Positions 13,604-26,907 are shown, counted from the stretch's first letter. The stretch is 64,000 bases of DNA from Eledone cirrhosa (GCA_964016885.1 OZ024741.1:1860001-1924000); one strand, 5' to 3'. Numbers and translations are program-made. The notes: generated by a model from the sequence alone, not told the origin.

Positions 13604-13714
13604 GTTTGAATATGTATAATAAAGCCAAAACAATGCAGGTATGGACATAGAATAAAGAATGCAAATGCAAAAGATATTGTTGACAATTAGTCTTTTACCT
13701 TAGATTTATTTATA

Positions 13715-13754
13715 TGTCCTAAATTTTCGAGATAATATCTCTTCTTCAGAGGGA
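13715..13754 (-). ncRNA. Hammerhead-like motif in pseudo-LTR (mirror of 17291-17330)
   Basis: CTGAAGA-a-gagat-att-atctc-GAAA-attt; stem I is imperfect. Confidence 0.5.
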
Positions 13755-14165
13755 AGTAAAGCTGTCAAACCAGTGTTCTAAATAGCTTGCCAAGTCATGC
13801 TGACAGGAAATGGTATAGAGTATCTGTTCTATCTCTAATGTCAAAGAGTTAAGATTAGGTGGATAAAGAGTAGTCTCCCTTTAAGAGGGGTTTGTTTTTG
13901 TTTTGGGTTTTTTTTTTATACATGCCTGTTTAAGTGTGTGGGAGAATGCATGAAGGTGTAAGTATGTGAGTGTGTGTGTGTCTGGGTGTAAGAAGATATG
14001 TCTATATGTAAATGTGGGGGATAGATGTTATCTCGTGTTAGAACTGGTTTTGTGTGTGTATGTGTGAGAGAGAATAAGTGGAGGTGTAAGCGTGTGTGTG
14101 TATGTGTGCGTGCGTATGTGTGTGTGTGTGTGTGTGTGGGTGTAAATATGGGGCTAGAAGCTCTA

Positions 14166-16560
14166 TCAAGTTATAAATTGGGTGTTGAGTTCTAGTCTAT
14201 TATTGATTGGTGGTTGTGTTTTGTCTATAATTAGTGCTTCCTTAATTCTAAGATTGCCGAGGTTTCTTTTCTTAGTTTCTATCCTAACTGTTATGGTTTT
14301 GTCGGTGTTTTTGCATTTAACTAGGTGTTTCTTAAATGAGGAAGCGTTAGTATTGAGGTGTTCTTTTATTCTTATGTGGAGTGGTCTGGTGGTTCTACCT
14401 ACGTAGAAGTTGTTGCATTTGTCACACTCTAGTCTGTATACGACGTAATCCTGGTGGCATAGGTCTGTGTCGTTGATGGGGCAGTTGGCTAGTCTGCAGC
14501 AGTTGTCATATCTGGTGGAGTGTCTTTTGGTTAGCTGACCGCGTAGAGAAGGACCTGAGTGGGCCAGTTGGATATCTAGTTCCTCTCGTCTGATAGCTCT
14601 GCGGATGGCTGTTGTTGTTTCTTCACTGAAGTGTGGGAGCTTCAGGAAGCAAGTGTTAGTGCCTCGGGTGTGGTGTCCTCTGTTCTTTCTGGCACGGTTT
14701 GTGGTGGATGTCGTGTATCCGCTCAGTTTGAGTACTTCCAGGAAATGTGTGGTGTGTGTGTCTCGGTCTCTAGCGTCGGTGCATTTGTTCCGGATACGTG
14801 CCAGTTCGTTCCTTATGTATCTGAACTTGGCACCGAGTGGGAGGGCCGATCTGAAATGTACGAACAGGTCCCTGCTGGCGGCTTTTTTATAGAAGCAGGT
14901 GTGGATGTTACCTTCCTCTGTTACCCTGAGTTGGAAGTCCAGTAGGGATAGGGATCCGCGGTCATCGGGGTGTTCCATGCTGAACTTTATACTGGCGTCC
15001 ATGCTGGAGAATGTTGTGTATATTTTATCTGCCTCCTCACGGGATGATGTAAGGATGAGTATGTCATCTACATATCGGGTGAAGAAGGTATGGGAATGGC
15101 AGGTGTTGAGGGCTCGGCATTCTAGCTGGTTCATGTAGGTGATGGCCAGCAGGCCCGATAGGCTGGATCCCATGGGTAATCCTGTTGTCTGTCTCTATGT
15201 GCGGTGGTGGAAGGTGAAGTACGTGTTGTCTACTGTGAAGGACAAAAGCTGGTGTATGTCCGTCGGGTGGAGGCCGTAGCAGTGGATGTCCTCTGCGACC
15301 ACGCAGTCCGTCAATAAATCGACAGCTGGATGAGCGGAGACTGTAGTGTAGAGGGAGACAACGTCGAGGCTAAAGGCGTATCTATTTAGTTTAAGTTATT
15401 CTGGCTGGAGTTGGTGTAGTCTACGTATAACTTCGTCGGAGCTACTGACATGCCCGGGAAAGGTGGAGAGTAGAGGCTTGAGGACCTGGGAGAGGAGCCA
15501 GGAAATTTTGTATAGGGGTCCTTCTATGCTAGAGACGATGGGTCTTATTTGTGTCTTAGTACTATTTTTGTGGGTCTTGATGAGGTGGTAGAAAGTGGGC
15601 AGTCTGCTATTTCTAGTGGTGTAGTTGAGCTTAACTTTATTTGGGAGTTGTCTTCTCCTACAGATATCGAACCAGATGGAGTTGGTCTGTTTTTCGATCT
15701 GGGCTGCAGTCATGTCCGGGATCTCTGTGTATAATTCATTGTCGCTTAGGTGTTCAAAGGCTAGGTTGTTGTATGTGGCTTGAGAGATGACGCAAAACTC
15801 TTTACCTTTGTCGGATGGTAAGTATATAAGTTCCCTATTCCGTAGGTTCTTCAGGGCGAGTTGTTGTGTCCTGGAGAGGTTTGGGGCTATCTTCTTCTGT
15901 TTCTGTTAGATGTTAAATATGGAATGTTTTAGCCTCGAGAGTTTTTTTTCAAGCTCGCGGTTGGCAGGCGGTGGACAGAGTGGGCGATCCAGTTGGTATA
16001 TCGGGAATCTGGGTTAGATAGATTCCGTGGTGTTGTTGCCGAGAGTCGATATCCATTTTAGTTGGTAGGCAGCCCGACAGAAATTCGTTTCTATGTCGAG
16101 CCATAATTTGTCGTCCAGTCTCTGTTTCAATATGAACTTGGGACCCAGGGAGAGGAGGTCTAATTCCTCTAGGGAGAGGGATCCTGTCAAGTCTGTGACG
16201 AGGTGTTTTGCGTCAGGTGTGTTGTTGGTCGGGTCGCCGCTAGGTTCGGTGTTGGTACCGTCTTGTTCGCCTCTGTTGGTGTTTAGAGTTGGGATGTTGT
16301 TGAGACAGTTGGCCGTCCTGAGTTTGAGAAATGTTTGCGTTAGACGTATTTTCTCGTAGTCTCGGCGATGGTGGTATGACCTGTCTATAGCGGCGGAGAT
16401 GACTTTGGACAGAGGTTCTGGGGTTTCAGCGAGTTGTGGTACAAGGCTGGAAATAGTCCGTATGTGTTGTTGTAGCGTGCGGTGTAGGTGTTGTATGAGT
16501 TTTCTTAGGCAGAATTTTTGTATGTAACTAAGTGATCGTTTGAGGCCTGGTGATTTGAAG
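14166..16560 (-). pseudogene. PLE reverse transcriptase / GIY-YIG endonuclease, disrupted
   Basis: LLSLGPKF, PTFYHLIKTHK...IRPIVS, MGSSLSGLLA, RYVDD, LSLLDF, VVYRLECDKCNNFYVGRT, spread over several ORFs. Confidence 0.9.
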
Positions 16561-17290
16561 CTAGCCAACTGCCCCATCAACGACACAGACCTATGCCACC
16601 AGGCTTACGTCGTATACAGACTAGAGTGTGACAAATGCAACAACTTCTACGTAGGTAGAACCACCAGACCACTCCACATAAGAATAAAAGAACACCTCAA
16701 TACTAACGCTTCCTCATTTAAGAAACACCTAGTTAAATGCAAAAACACCGACAAAACCATAACAGTTAGGATAGAAACTAAGGAAAGAAACCTCGGCAAT
16801 CTTAGAATTAAGGAAGCACTAATTATAGACAAAACACAACCACCAATCAATAATAGACTAGAACTCAACACCCAATTTATAACTTGATAGAGCTTCTAGC
16901 CCCATATTTACACCCCCACACACACACGCACGTACGCACACACACACACATACATACGCTTATACCTCCACTTATTCTCTCTCACACATACACACACAAA
17001 ACCAGTTCTAACACGAGATAACATCTATCCCCACATTTACGTATAGACATATCTTCTCACACTCACACACACACACTCACATACTTACACCTTCATGCAT
17101 TCTCCCACACACTTAAACAGGCATGTATAAAAAACCCCAAAAAACAAAAACAAACTCCTCTTAAAGGGAGACTACTCTTTATCCACCTAATCTTAACTCT
17201 TTGACATTAGAGATAGAACAGATACTCTATACCATTTCCTGTCAGCATGACTTGGCAAGCTATTTAGAACACTGGTTTGACAGCTTTACT

Positions 17291-17330
17291 TCCCTCTGAA
17301 GAAGAGATATTATCTCGAAAATTTAGGACA
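17291..17330 (+). ncRNA. Hammerhead-like motif in inverted pseudo-LTR
   Basis: tccct-CTGAAGA-a-gagat-att-atctc-GAAA-attt-aggaca; stem I is imperfect. Confidence 0.5.
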
Positions 17331-17486
17331 TTTAAATAAATCTAAGGTAAAAGACTAATTGTCAACAATATCTTTTGCATTTGCATTCTTTATTCTATGT
17401 CCATACCTGCATTGTTTTGGCTTTATTATACATATACAAACGTTTATACCTCATTACACAATGCTTCAATTGAACTATCACCTCCT

Positions 17487-17592
<106 letters not shown>

Positions 17593-17699
17593 GTGTGTGT
17601 GTGTGTGTGTGTGTGTCGTGGGTTCAATCGGGGGTAACTACAGTAAGTAAGGTACTCAATACATAGCAGAGTATATATACAGTATATAATATAGAAATG

Positions 17700-17750
17700 G
17701 CTTCTACAGGTATAGAACTGTTTCATTGGAAGGAAATCATCAGTGGAAGC
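17700..17750 (-). ncRNA. Hammerhead ribozyme, family C (element about 17617-17755)
   Basis: gcttc-ca-CTGATGA-12 nt-GAAAC-ag-loop-ct-GTA-gaagc; the element is homologous to 30098-30293. Confidence 0.65.
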
Positions 17751-17977
17751 ATTTCTGAATTGAGGGCGGGGCGGGGGGGGGGGGGGGCAATTTAGTTGTA
17801 GTGATTATTAGTTTAGCTGTTATTAGTAAATATCAACCAAGATATAGGATAATTCGATATGGGATAAAACATAACATTTATATAAATTATAGCGTATATA
17901 GAAATAGATGTGTTTTGGTAGTTAGGGGAGAAAATATGATTATTGGTCCTCCAGTTCCACTGCCCCTGATATATATA

Positions 17978-18165
17978 CTGTTGAAGTTAGCTCAGTACCT
18001 CTGAAATATGTATAATAAAATATACTTGATCACAAGAAGTTTTATTTTTGTTAATATTTTGAATTAATATTAATAACTCCGGAAAACCATTACAGTTGAG
18101 TTCTTCCAATCTATTGTAAAACTCATTCTTTGATCTATTCATTGAACATTGTTTAACCTTTAAAT
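17978..18165 (+). mobile_element. Truncated copy of HHR element family A
   Basis: Reverse-complement homology to 26051-26233; starts inside stem II, so the CTGATGA core is absent; ends in (TA)n. Confidence 0.7.
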
Positions 18166-18392
18166 ATATATATATATAATTTTGACAAACAATTGAAAAT
18201 GCAAATAATGAAAGCATTCATTTACTTAATAAATTTAATTAGCTATTTTAAAAATCAGCTGATGAGTTTAGATTGTTGGACGTTGTTCGGTGCCTTTTTT
18301 AGGGGACAGTTATTATATTATATGTCTATCAATAGGGCTCAGATGCACATGCACTAACCTCGGCATCAACACACAACCATATACATACATAC

Positions 18393-18428
<36 letters not shown>

Positions 18429-18985
18429 TTAAAAGAATAGAGGTGTAACACACGAGTTATGATATATTGGTAAACGGAAAAGAAAATGCTGACAAATTGT
18501 TCACAGTGAGAAATAGTTTAATTAGGAATAAGGGAAAATTAGTAATAGTATTGGTTAGTATTCAGTTTTGGTTTTAAGTTTTACCGGTTGCGCATTTCTA
18601 ATGCTTTTCAAAAATAATTTTGAGATAGAGCGTCCGTGATGTTTGCTCTAATCTGATTAGTTTTAGAAATTCTACCTGTTTTTATGTGAAAAAAGTGGCT
18701 CCAGAGGTATTAAAATAAGTTTCGCGCCAATTCGTGTTGCAAGAATTATTGTGCTCAAAACAATTTTGATTGGTCGGTAGAGGTCATGTGAATGTTAAAA
18801 ATTGATTTTGCGCCAAATGTAGGTTTTTGTCGACTGATTGAAAAGTCACTGAAAAATAAGTCTTTCAAAACAAATATGTCTGTGTGTGTGTGTAGTAGTA
18901 GTGAAGAGGTTCGTTGTTGTGATAATGGTCAGCAGGGATGTGTGTGCGAACCGCAGCCTGTTGACAGTTCAATTGCCTATTAAGA

Positions 18986-19064
<79 letters not shown>

Positions 19065-19171
19065 CAGAGTAATTCGTGGTAGAGGGATGGTCAGTAGGAA
19101 TGTGTTTGTAAGTGTGTGGGGGATATTTTAACATGTTAAAAGATATTTTTCAGCTCTTGTCTTATACGGAG

Positions 19172-19270
<99 letters not shown>

Positions 19271-22200
19271 TCTTTGTATGTTAATGTACGCGTGTGTATG
19301 TGTGTGTGTATATATGTTTGTGTGTGTGTGTGTGTGTGAGAATGTGTGTGTGTGTGTGTGTATTTTTGTGATACTGGTAAAATGGTGTACATTATTCGAT
19401 ATTTTCAGTAAAAACGATTCTCTCAATAGAACATCAAAAACCTTAATAATAAAAGGTGTGAAATGATATATAGTATTGGCATAATACCAAGGTATGTGTG
19501 AGTGTCCAGATTGTACGTACTTGCCGTATTGGAATACTTGTGTACAAATATATATGTGCCCATCAGTGTGCAATGCATGTGTGCGTTTATGTATGTGTGT
19601 GTGTCGGCACGTTTATATCTATAGACATCAAAAGGTATGCAAATTTGTGTATATTTGTGTTGCACCATAGAACGTGTGTGTCTACGTATGTCATTGTGTT
19701 TATATGTGGATAGAGATGTATGCTGATGTAGGTATGTATGTTGACGTGTGTATGTTGTGGGTTCGTCTTAGGGAGAAGTGTTTAGACGGGGTCCGTATTT
19801 GTTAATAAAGTAAGATTCCTTGCTGATGCGCTGGGTGTGGGTGGCATTATCTTTAAATTTTTAGAGGGGAAAGATTCTGAAGTTGGGATGATTTTGGGCG
19901 GCACAGGTATCAATGTGTTCACTCAGTGGTATTTTCCTGTATTCCCGTATTTTAATTTGGGATTTATGGACAGTCATGCGAGAGTAATCAAAATTATCAA
20001 TCTAACTAGTGCAGAACCAACACCCAACCTTATCAACTTACACTCCAAAGGTCTTAAATTCACACCGACACCACTACGTCCTAACTACTATGAAATGAAG
20101 GAAGACATCACAAACTTCTGTAGAAAGTTACGACTCAGTGAAGAACTATTCGACCAGTACAATCAGGATGAATCATTAGCCAGAAATAGAAGCAATTACA
20201 CCCCATCAAAAGGTAGAAATAAAATCCTGGACGAATTTTGTGAACACATCACAAGCTTCCCTTACCAACACTTGCACAGACAAAAACACAAGCCAAACCT
20301 CAACAAGAAAGAATGGGAAGAATTAAATAGATTAAAAACCGACAGAACCATTACAATTAAAGAGGCTGATGAAGGGGGTACAGTAGTCCTAATGGAGACA
20401 GAATTCTATATCAACTTAGCGCTCTCCACTTTGGAAAACGAAACATACTACGAAAAGGCTGAACACTACAATCAACAGAAAATTATGAGAAACCTAAAAA
20501 CTCTGATCAACCAATACAAAGAAGGACTCACTAACAAGGAATTCAGCTTCATCACAGTCTTCAAAAGTAAATCCAGCCTTTTCTACGGTATCCCTAAAGT
20601 ACATAAAAGCGAATTAATAAGTAAGGCATGCAAGGAAGCCACAGACATAGTCATCAATGTCCCCTCACCCAATGATCTCAAATTAAGACCTATAATAGCA
20701 GGCCCCGCTTGCTAAACCCACCGCCTTAGCAACTTCATTGATACCCTTCTCAAGCCTTTTCTCAAACACATCAAAAGCTATATAAGGGACGACCTAGATA
20801 TGCTCAATCACCTCCCTAATATGCCCCTTTCTGAACAAACCCTACTAGTGACGTTCGATGTAGTCAACCTATACTCCAACATCCCCCACAACCTAGGAAT
20901 AGAAGCTATCCAATTCTGGCTGGATAATTACCACAATGAACTCCCACAACGCATCAAAAAAGAATTCGTGATAGAGGGACTCAAATTTATCTTGGAGAAC
21001 AATTACTTCGTTTTCAATAACAAACCCTACAGGCAGAAGTCTGGGACCGCTATGGGAACGAAAACAGCCCCCACTTATGCCAACCTAGTCATGGGATACC
21101 TGGAAATCACCCTTTACACTAAAGTCCTAAACAAATTTGGAAACACTCTCCACTTACACATAGAAAGGAACTGGAAGCGATATCTAGATGACTGCTTCAT
21201 CCTTTGGCACGAAAACATTGAGAAACTTAAAGAATTTCACACCCTTATAAATGGGCTCAACACGAATATTAACTTCACGGTGGAATACAGCCATCAACAA
21301 CTCCCCTTCCTCGACATCCTCATTAAGATCCATAACAAAAAAATAGAAACAGACATATACTACAAGCCCACAGACGCCAAGCAATATCTTCCTTTCAACT
21401 CTTGCCACCCTAGACACGTTAAAATTAATATTCCCTACAACTTAGCCAAGAGAATCTGTACTATAGTCTCCAATAAAAACACCTACTACTTACGGCTACA
21501 AGAACTAAAGGACACACTCATAGGCAGGGACTACCCTGCATCACTAATTGACAATAGAATCCAACGTGCCCTAAAACTCAGCACCCAGGACCTTAGACAC
21601 CCTAAAGTAAATCAACCGAAACTAAAAGCTCTTCCATACATCTCCACACACAACCCCTCAACAATGAGGCCTTTGACACCATCCTCCAGAACATCCCTGT
21701 GTTGAAAAAGGACCATAGAATGAACCAAATCCTACGAACACACGATATCATAAAGACCAAAAGACAATCTAAGTCAATGAAAAACATCCTAACACATGCC
21801 AAAGTACTGCCAACCACAACAACGAAACCCACAGTAAAACAATGCGATAAACCCAACTGTGGCATATGCATCAACCTAATAGAGGGTTCGGAATTCTATT
21901 TCAAAGAAGGACAACGTTTTATAGTAAAACACAATTTCACATGCGCATCGGAAAATCTAATATATGTATTAACTTGCTCAGGATGTCGAGAACAATACAT
22001 AGGCCAGACCAAAAACAGCCTCCGCCAACGCATGACTGTCCATACATCCCAAATTAAAATACAGGAATACAGGAAAATACCACTGAGTGAACACATTGAT
22101 ACCTGTGCCGCCCAAAATCATCCCAACTTCAGAATCTTTCCCCTCTAAAAATTTAAAGATAATGCCACCCACACCCAGCGCATCAGCAAGGAATCTTACT

Positions 22201-23416
22201 TTATTAACAAATACGGACCCCGTCTAAACACTTCTCCCTAAGACGAACCCACAACATACACACGTCAACATACATACCTACATCAGCATACATCTCTATC
22301 CACATATAAACACAATGACATACGTAGACACACATGTTCTATGGTGCAACACAAATATACACAAATTTGCATACCTTTTGATGTCTATAGATATAAACGT
22401 GCCGACACATACACATACATAAACGCACACATGCATTGCACACTGATGGGCACATATATATTTGTACACAAGTATTCCAATACGGCAAGTACGTACAATC
22501 TGGACACTCACACATACCTTGGTATTATGCCAATACTATATATCATTTCACACCTTTTATTATTAAGGTTTTTGATGTTCTATTGAGAGAATCGTTTTTA
22601 CTGAAAATATCGAATAATGTACACCATTTTACCAGTATCACAAAAATACACACACACACATTCTCACACACACACACACAAACATATATATATACACATA
22701 CACACACATACACACGCGTACATTAACATACAAAGAGACATATACACACACACACAGACTTCTCCGTATAAGACAAGAGCTGAAAAATATCTTTTAACAT
22801 GTTAAAATATCCCCCACACACTTACAGACACATTCCTACTGACTATCCCTCTACCACGAATTACTCTGCTACGCACACACATACACACACATACACACGT
22901 GTCTTAATAGGCAATTGAACTGTCAACAGGCTGCGGTTCGCACACACATCCCTGCTGACCATTATCACAACAACGAACCTCTTCACTACTACTACACACA
23001 CACACAGACATATTTGTTTTGAAAGACTTATTTTTCAGTGACTTCTCAATCAGCCGACACAAACCTACATTTGGCGCAAAATCAATTTTTAACATTCACA
23101 TGACCTCTACCGACCAATCAAAATTGTTTTGAGCACAATAATTCTTGCAACACGAATTGGCGCGAAACTTATTTTAATACTTCTGGAGCCACTTTTTTCA
23201 CATAAAAACAGGTAGAATTTCCAAAACTAATCAGATTAGAGCAAACATCACGGACGCTCTATCTCAAAATTATTTTTGAAAAGCATTAGAAATGCGCAAC
23301 CGGTAAAACTTAAAACCAAAACTGAATACTAACCAATACTATTACTAATTTTCCCTTATTCCTAATTAAACTATATTTCACTGTGAACAATTTGTCAGCA
23401 TTTTCTTTTACGTTTA

Positions 23417-23420
<4 letters not shown>
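18429..23420 (+). mobile_element. PLE (Neptune-like) with ~1.4-1.5-kb inverted pseudo-LTR, flanked by (TA)n
   Basis: 18462-19980 is the reverse complement of 22029-23425; coding region starts at the inversion junction, 19981. Confidence 0.93.
19981..22240 (+). pseudogene. PLE RT / GIY-YIG endonuclease with few lesions
   Basis: SKGLKFTP, FYGIPKVHK...LRPII, FDVVNLYSNIP, GTAMGTKTAPTYANLVMG, RYLDD, CDKPNCGIC, IYVLTCSGC..QYIGQT. Confidence 0.92.
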
Positions 23421-23493
<73 letters not shown>

Positions 23494-23504
23494 ATATATA
23501 TATA

Positions 23505-24321
23505 TAGTATTAGTTATACTATTTATGGTTATGTAAACACAAAACCTTAAGCAATTGTAAGTATTTTACACACACCCTAAATAGTGGTAGGCAGTAATGT
23601 ATTACTACCTTATTACCAGTAAGTTAAGTAGCTCAATGTAAAAACATCAGATGATTTACAGAGCAGTTATATGAAATATAAGAATCAAAGAACTGTTCAA
23701 AACATTATTGTGCTTACAGCTGTTTCCTCCAAACCGAGGTTTGGATTCTTCGGAGCAATTTATTAATGCATGGACAGTTATATGACCTCCTTGACATCCC
23801 TGCGCTGTGCATCTCCAATACTTATAACACTTTTAATGCTTGCACTATCTTTAATGCTTATAATATTTCCCCACACACAGACTATATCAATCATATAAAG
23901 ACTTTGCCACCAGATCTACCAACCTAACACTCTTATTTACCTACCTAAGTGCCTCTACCACACATATCTCTCTGCCACACTATATAAACAAGACGCACAT
24001 GCGTGCCACACATATAACATTTGCACTATATAACCACTTATCTTCATGTTGTACTTTAACCTATATCTTTGATTTTTGATTGTACCTATTAATATAAATG
24101 TAATCTCGAAGTGTGTACTGCCACTCTAAATTCTGTAATGAATGTTGACCCACAATGTTTGAATATGTATCAATGTTTGAATATGTATTGGTATGTCTCT
24201 CGGCTGAAAAGGAGGTCATATAACTGTCCATGCATTAATAAATTGCTCCGAAGAATCCAAACCTCGGTTTGGAGGAAACAGCTGTAAGCACAATAATGTT
24301 TTGAACAGTTCTTTGATTCTT

Positions 24322-24330
<9 letters not shown>
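23505..24330. mobile_element. ORF-less fold-back element with an HHR in each arm
   Basis: 23668-23792 is the reverse complement of 24209-24333; (TA)n on both sides. Confidence 0.8.
24244..24290 (+). ncRNA. Hammerhead ribozyme with CCGAAGA core variant (mirror copy at 23711-23757, minus)
   Basis: tgct-CCGAAGA-a-tccaaacc-tc-ggtttgga-g-GAAAC-agct-GTA-agca; palindromic stem III acagctgt. Confidence 0.75.
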
Positions 24331-24380
<50 letters not shown>

Positions 24381-24502
24381 GTGTGCGTGTATATATATAT
24401 ACACGCACACATATATATATATATATGTATATGTGTGTGTGTATATATATATATAGAGAGAGAGAATATATATATATGTATGTATATGTGTGTGTGTGTA
24501 TA

Positions 24503-24700
24503 CATACATGGTGGCTGCCAACTCGTTTTCGAGTACGGCCACTACTTTATTTCCATGTAGGAGAAGCGCTACCGATGTACTGAACGAGTGTGACTTTTCA
24601 GTCCAGCCAGCGACTTGAAAACTCTGGTACAAACACTACACTTGTGACAATTACTGACACATAGTGCTGGGCCCATGGTACCATGTGACGACAAGTGCAG
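24503..24700 (-). mobile_element. RTE/BovB-like LINE 3' end
   Basis: Terminal C2H2 motif [22 protein letters not shown], short 3' UTR, microsatellite tail. Confidence 0.6.
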
Positions 24701-25064
24701 AGAGATCTCCAGATATAAAGTAATGCCTGTCGCGGTGAAGCTTTTATAGTGAGCAAAGGCACTGCACAAAGCCAGTCCCACTCTCTTAACCAAGATGATA
24801 TTTACCAAAAAGAAGAACAAGTCAACATCATTGGATACCATCAGGGTTGCAGGTGTTATATCAGAGTTTTCCTTCTCCTAGAATTCTACCTTGACAAAGG
24901 CTAAGGTGTGATTTTGGATGGCATTGAGTCTTAAGAGCTCCTTTGCCCTTTGATAGGTTTTGTTTTTAGTCATGCAGGATGTCCAAAGTCACCCTCCTCA
25001 CCAAGGGACAGATTGTACTGGAATACATGTTACCAGTAGCACCAACTGGTGACCTGACAACAAG

Positions 25065-25146
<82 letters not shown>

Positions 25147-25188
25147 TGTGTGTGTATACATATGTGTGTGTATACATATATATATATT

Positions 25189-25272
<84 letters not shown>

Positions 25273-25282
25273 TACATATATA

Positions 25283-26030
25283 TGAAAGACGTAAAATAGG
25301 AAAATTTTAAAAATTAAAAATTAACTTACTTACTAAAATTTTCACTCCAACTAATTAGTTTCTGTAAGGGAATAAATATAGTTACGTAACGCAACTATAG
25401 AGAAGTCCTTACGTCATCGGGGAGTCTATTCTCAGCTACGTTTCCAGGCAATGCGCGGACACTAGGAACCCATATAAAAATAATAATTCAGTGGATGGAA
25501 TTATTTGTTGAGCAAAACTTGCCAAAATTTACTGCTATGGTTGATGGTAGTAGTTAGGCTATTGTCATAATACCACCCCACTCCTCACTGATTAACCTCA
25601 GTGTCACGTGATTAATTCTTTAGAATTTGCCACTGACCAAGTAGGCAGTGAATTTTTTCAGTGCCCTGGAATTTTTGTCCCCGCTAGCTTTATTCCATCC
25701 ACTGAATTATTATTTTTATATGGGTTCCTAGTGTCCGCGCATTGCTTGGGAACTTAGCTGAGAATAGACTCCCTGATGACGTAAGGACTTCTCTATAGTT
25801 GCGTTACGTAACTATATTTTTTCCCTTACAGAAACTAATTAGTTGAAGTGAAAATTTTAGTAAGTAAGTTAATTTTAAATTTTTAAAATTTTCTTATTTT
25901 ACGTCTTTCATATAATTGTTCTGCATCCCCCTGCATAGAACCACAAAGGTACTAAGACATAACATATATATTTGCTAGCATGGGTATACATCTGTATACA
26001 TACGTTGGTAGATATACTAATTCTCTATAC
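25283..26030 (+). mobile_element. Retrozyme-like family B: one permuted ~530-nt monomer plus a 5' inverted segment
   Basis: 25283-25501 is the reverse complement of 25692-25910; 25501-26030 is homologous to 50238-50953 in permuted order; flanked by (TA)n. Confidence 0.8.
25768..25849 (+). ncRNA. Hammerhead ribozyme with extended stem II (mirror copy at 25344-25425, minus)
   Basis: actcc-CTGATGA-c-gtaagg...tatagtt/aactata...ccttac-a-GAAAC-taatta-GTT-g(a/g)agt. Confidence 0.8.
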
Positions 26031-26050
26031 ATACATATATATATATATAT

Positions 26051-26467
26051 TTAAAAGTTAAACAAGGTCAATGAATACATCAAAGAATGAGTTTTATAAT
26101 AGAATGGAAGCAGTCAACAGAAAAGGTTTTCCAGAGTTATTAATATTAATTCAAAATATTAACAAATAGATATTCTTGTGATCTATTATATTTTATTATA
26201 CATATTTCAGAGGTACTGAGTTAAGTTCAACAGTACGTCCTCATCAGATAAAATGAGATAATGCATGACATACCCTGACATAGTAGATGGTTAAGATGGT
26301 TACTACCATGACTGAATCTTAACCATCTACTATGTCAGGGTATGTCATGCATCATCTTATTTTATCTGATGAAGACGTACTGTTGAACTTAACTCAGTAC
26401 CACTGAAATATGTATAATAAAATATAATAGATCACAAGAATATCTATTTTGTTAATATTTTGAATTA

Positions 26468-26472
<5 letters not shown>
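26051..26472. mobile_element. Fold-back HHR element, family A
   Basis: Arms 26143-26297 and 26316-26472 with an 18-nt loop; flanked by (TA)n. Confidence 0.85.
26358..26424 (+). ncRNA. Hammerhead ribozyme, family A (mirror copy at 26190-26254, minus)
   Basis: tattttat-CTGATGA-[gtactg...cagtac hairpin]-GAAA-tatgt-ATA-ataaaata. Confidence 0.75.
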
Positions 26473-26503
<31 letters not shown>

Positions 26504-26907
26504 GTATGTATACTAATACAACACTACATTACATATATATTATTCATTACCCACTTGCTGCCGAACCACCGCCTCACTCCGATATCACATTCTCTCCTGA
26601 ACAACCCTCCACCCACGCATCATCAACACACCCACCCGGCCTTATTTCTTTACCAAAAGTCCTCTATCGAACACAGGGCGGGACATTCCCTACATTAACT
26701 GAACTGTCGATTGGAGATCCTAATGGATTCCACACCTTCCGTCCCTTCAGAATTACTAGCAATGTTGATGCTACCAGAGAGTGTCTAGATGTTATGACCC
26801 ACTGCGCCGCTATCCCCACATCTGTGATACTCTTCTACACACTATTTTCCTTCGGGTATTATGATATTTACTCATAATGAGGTCTTCGGGCTCTAATACG
26901 AGTTTAG

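Larger units (their letters stand above)
13601..17478 (-). mobile_element. PLE with ~890-bp inverted pseudo-LTR, flanked by (TA)n on both sides
   Basis: 13601-14492 is the reverse complement of 16561-17445; RT and GIY-YIG motifs on the minus strand. Confidence 0.92.

Noticed and set aside
18259-18265. Isolated CTGATGA (also at 56837)
   Set aside because: No downstream GAAA box or supporting stems.
24940-25060. HDV-like ribozyme on the minus strand (ggtcacc/ggtgact P1-like pair)
   Set aside because: P3, L3 and P1.1 could not be fitted convincingly.
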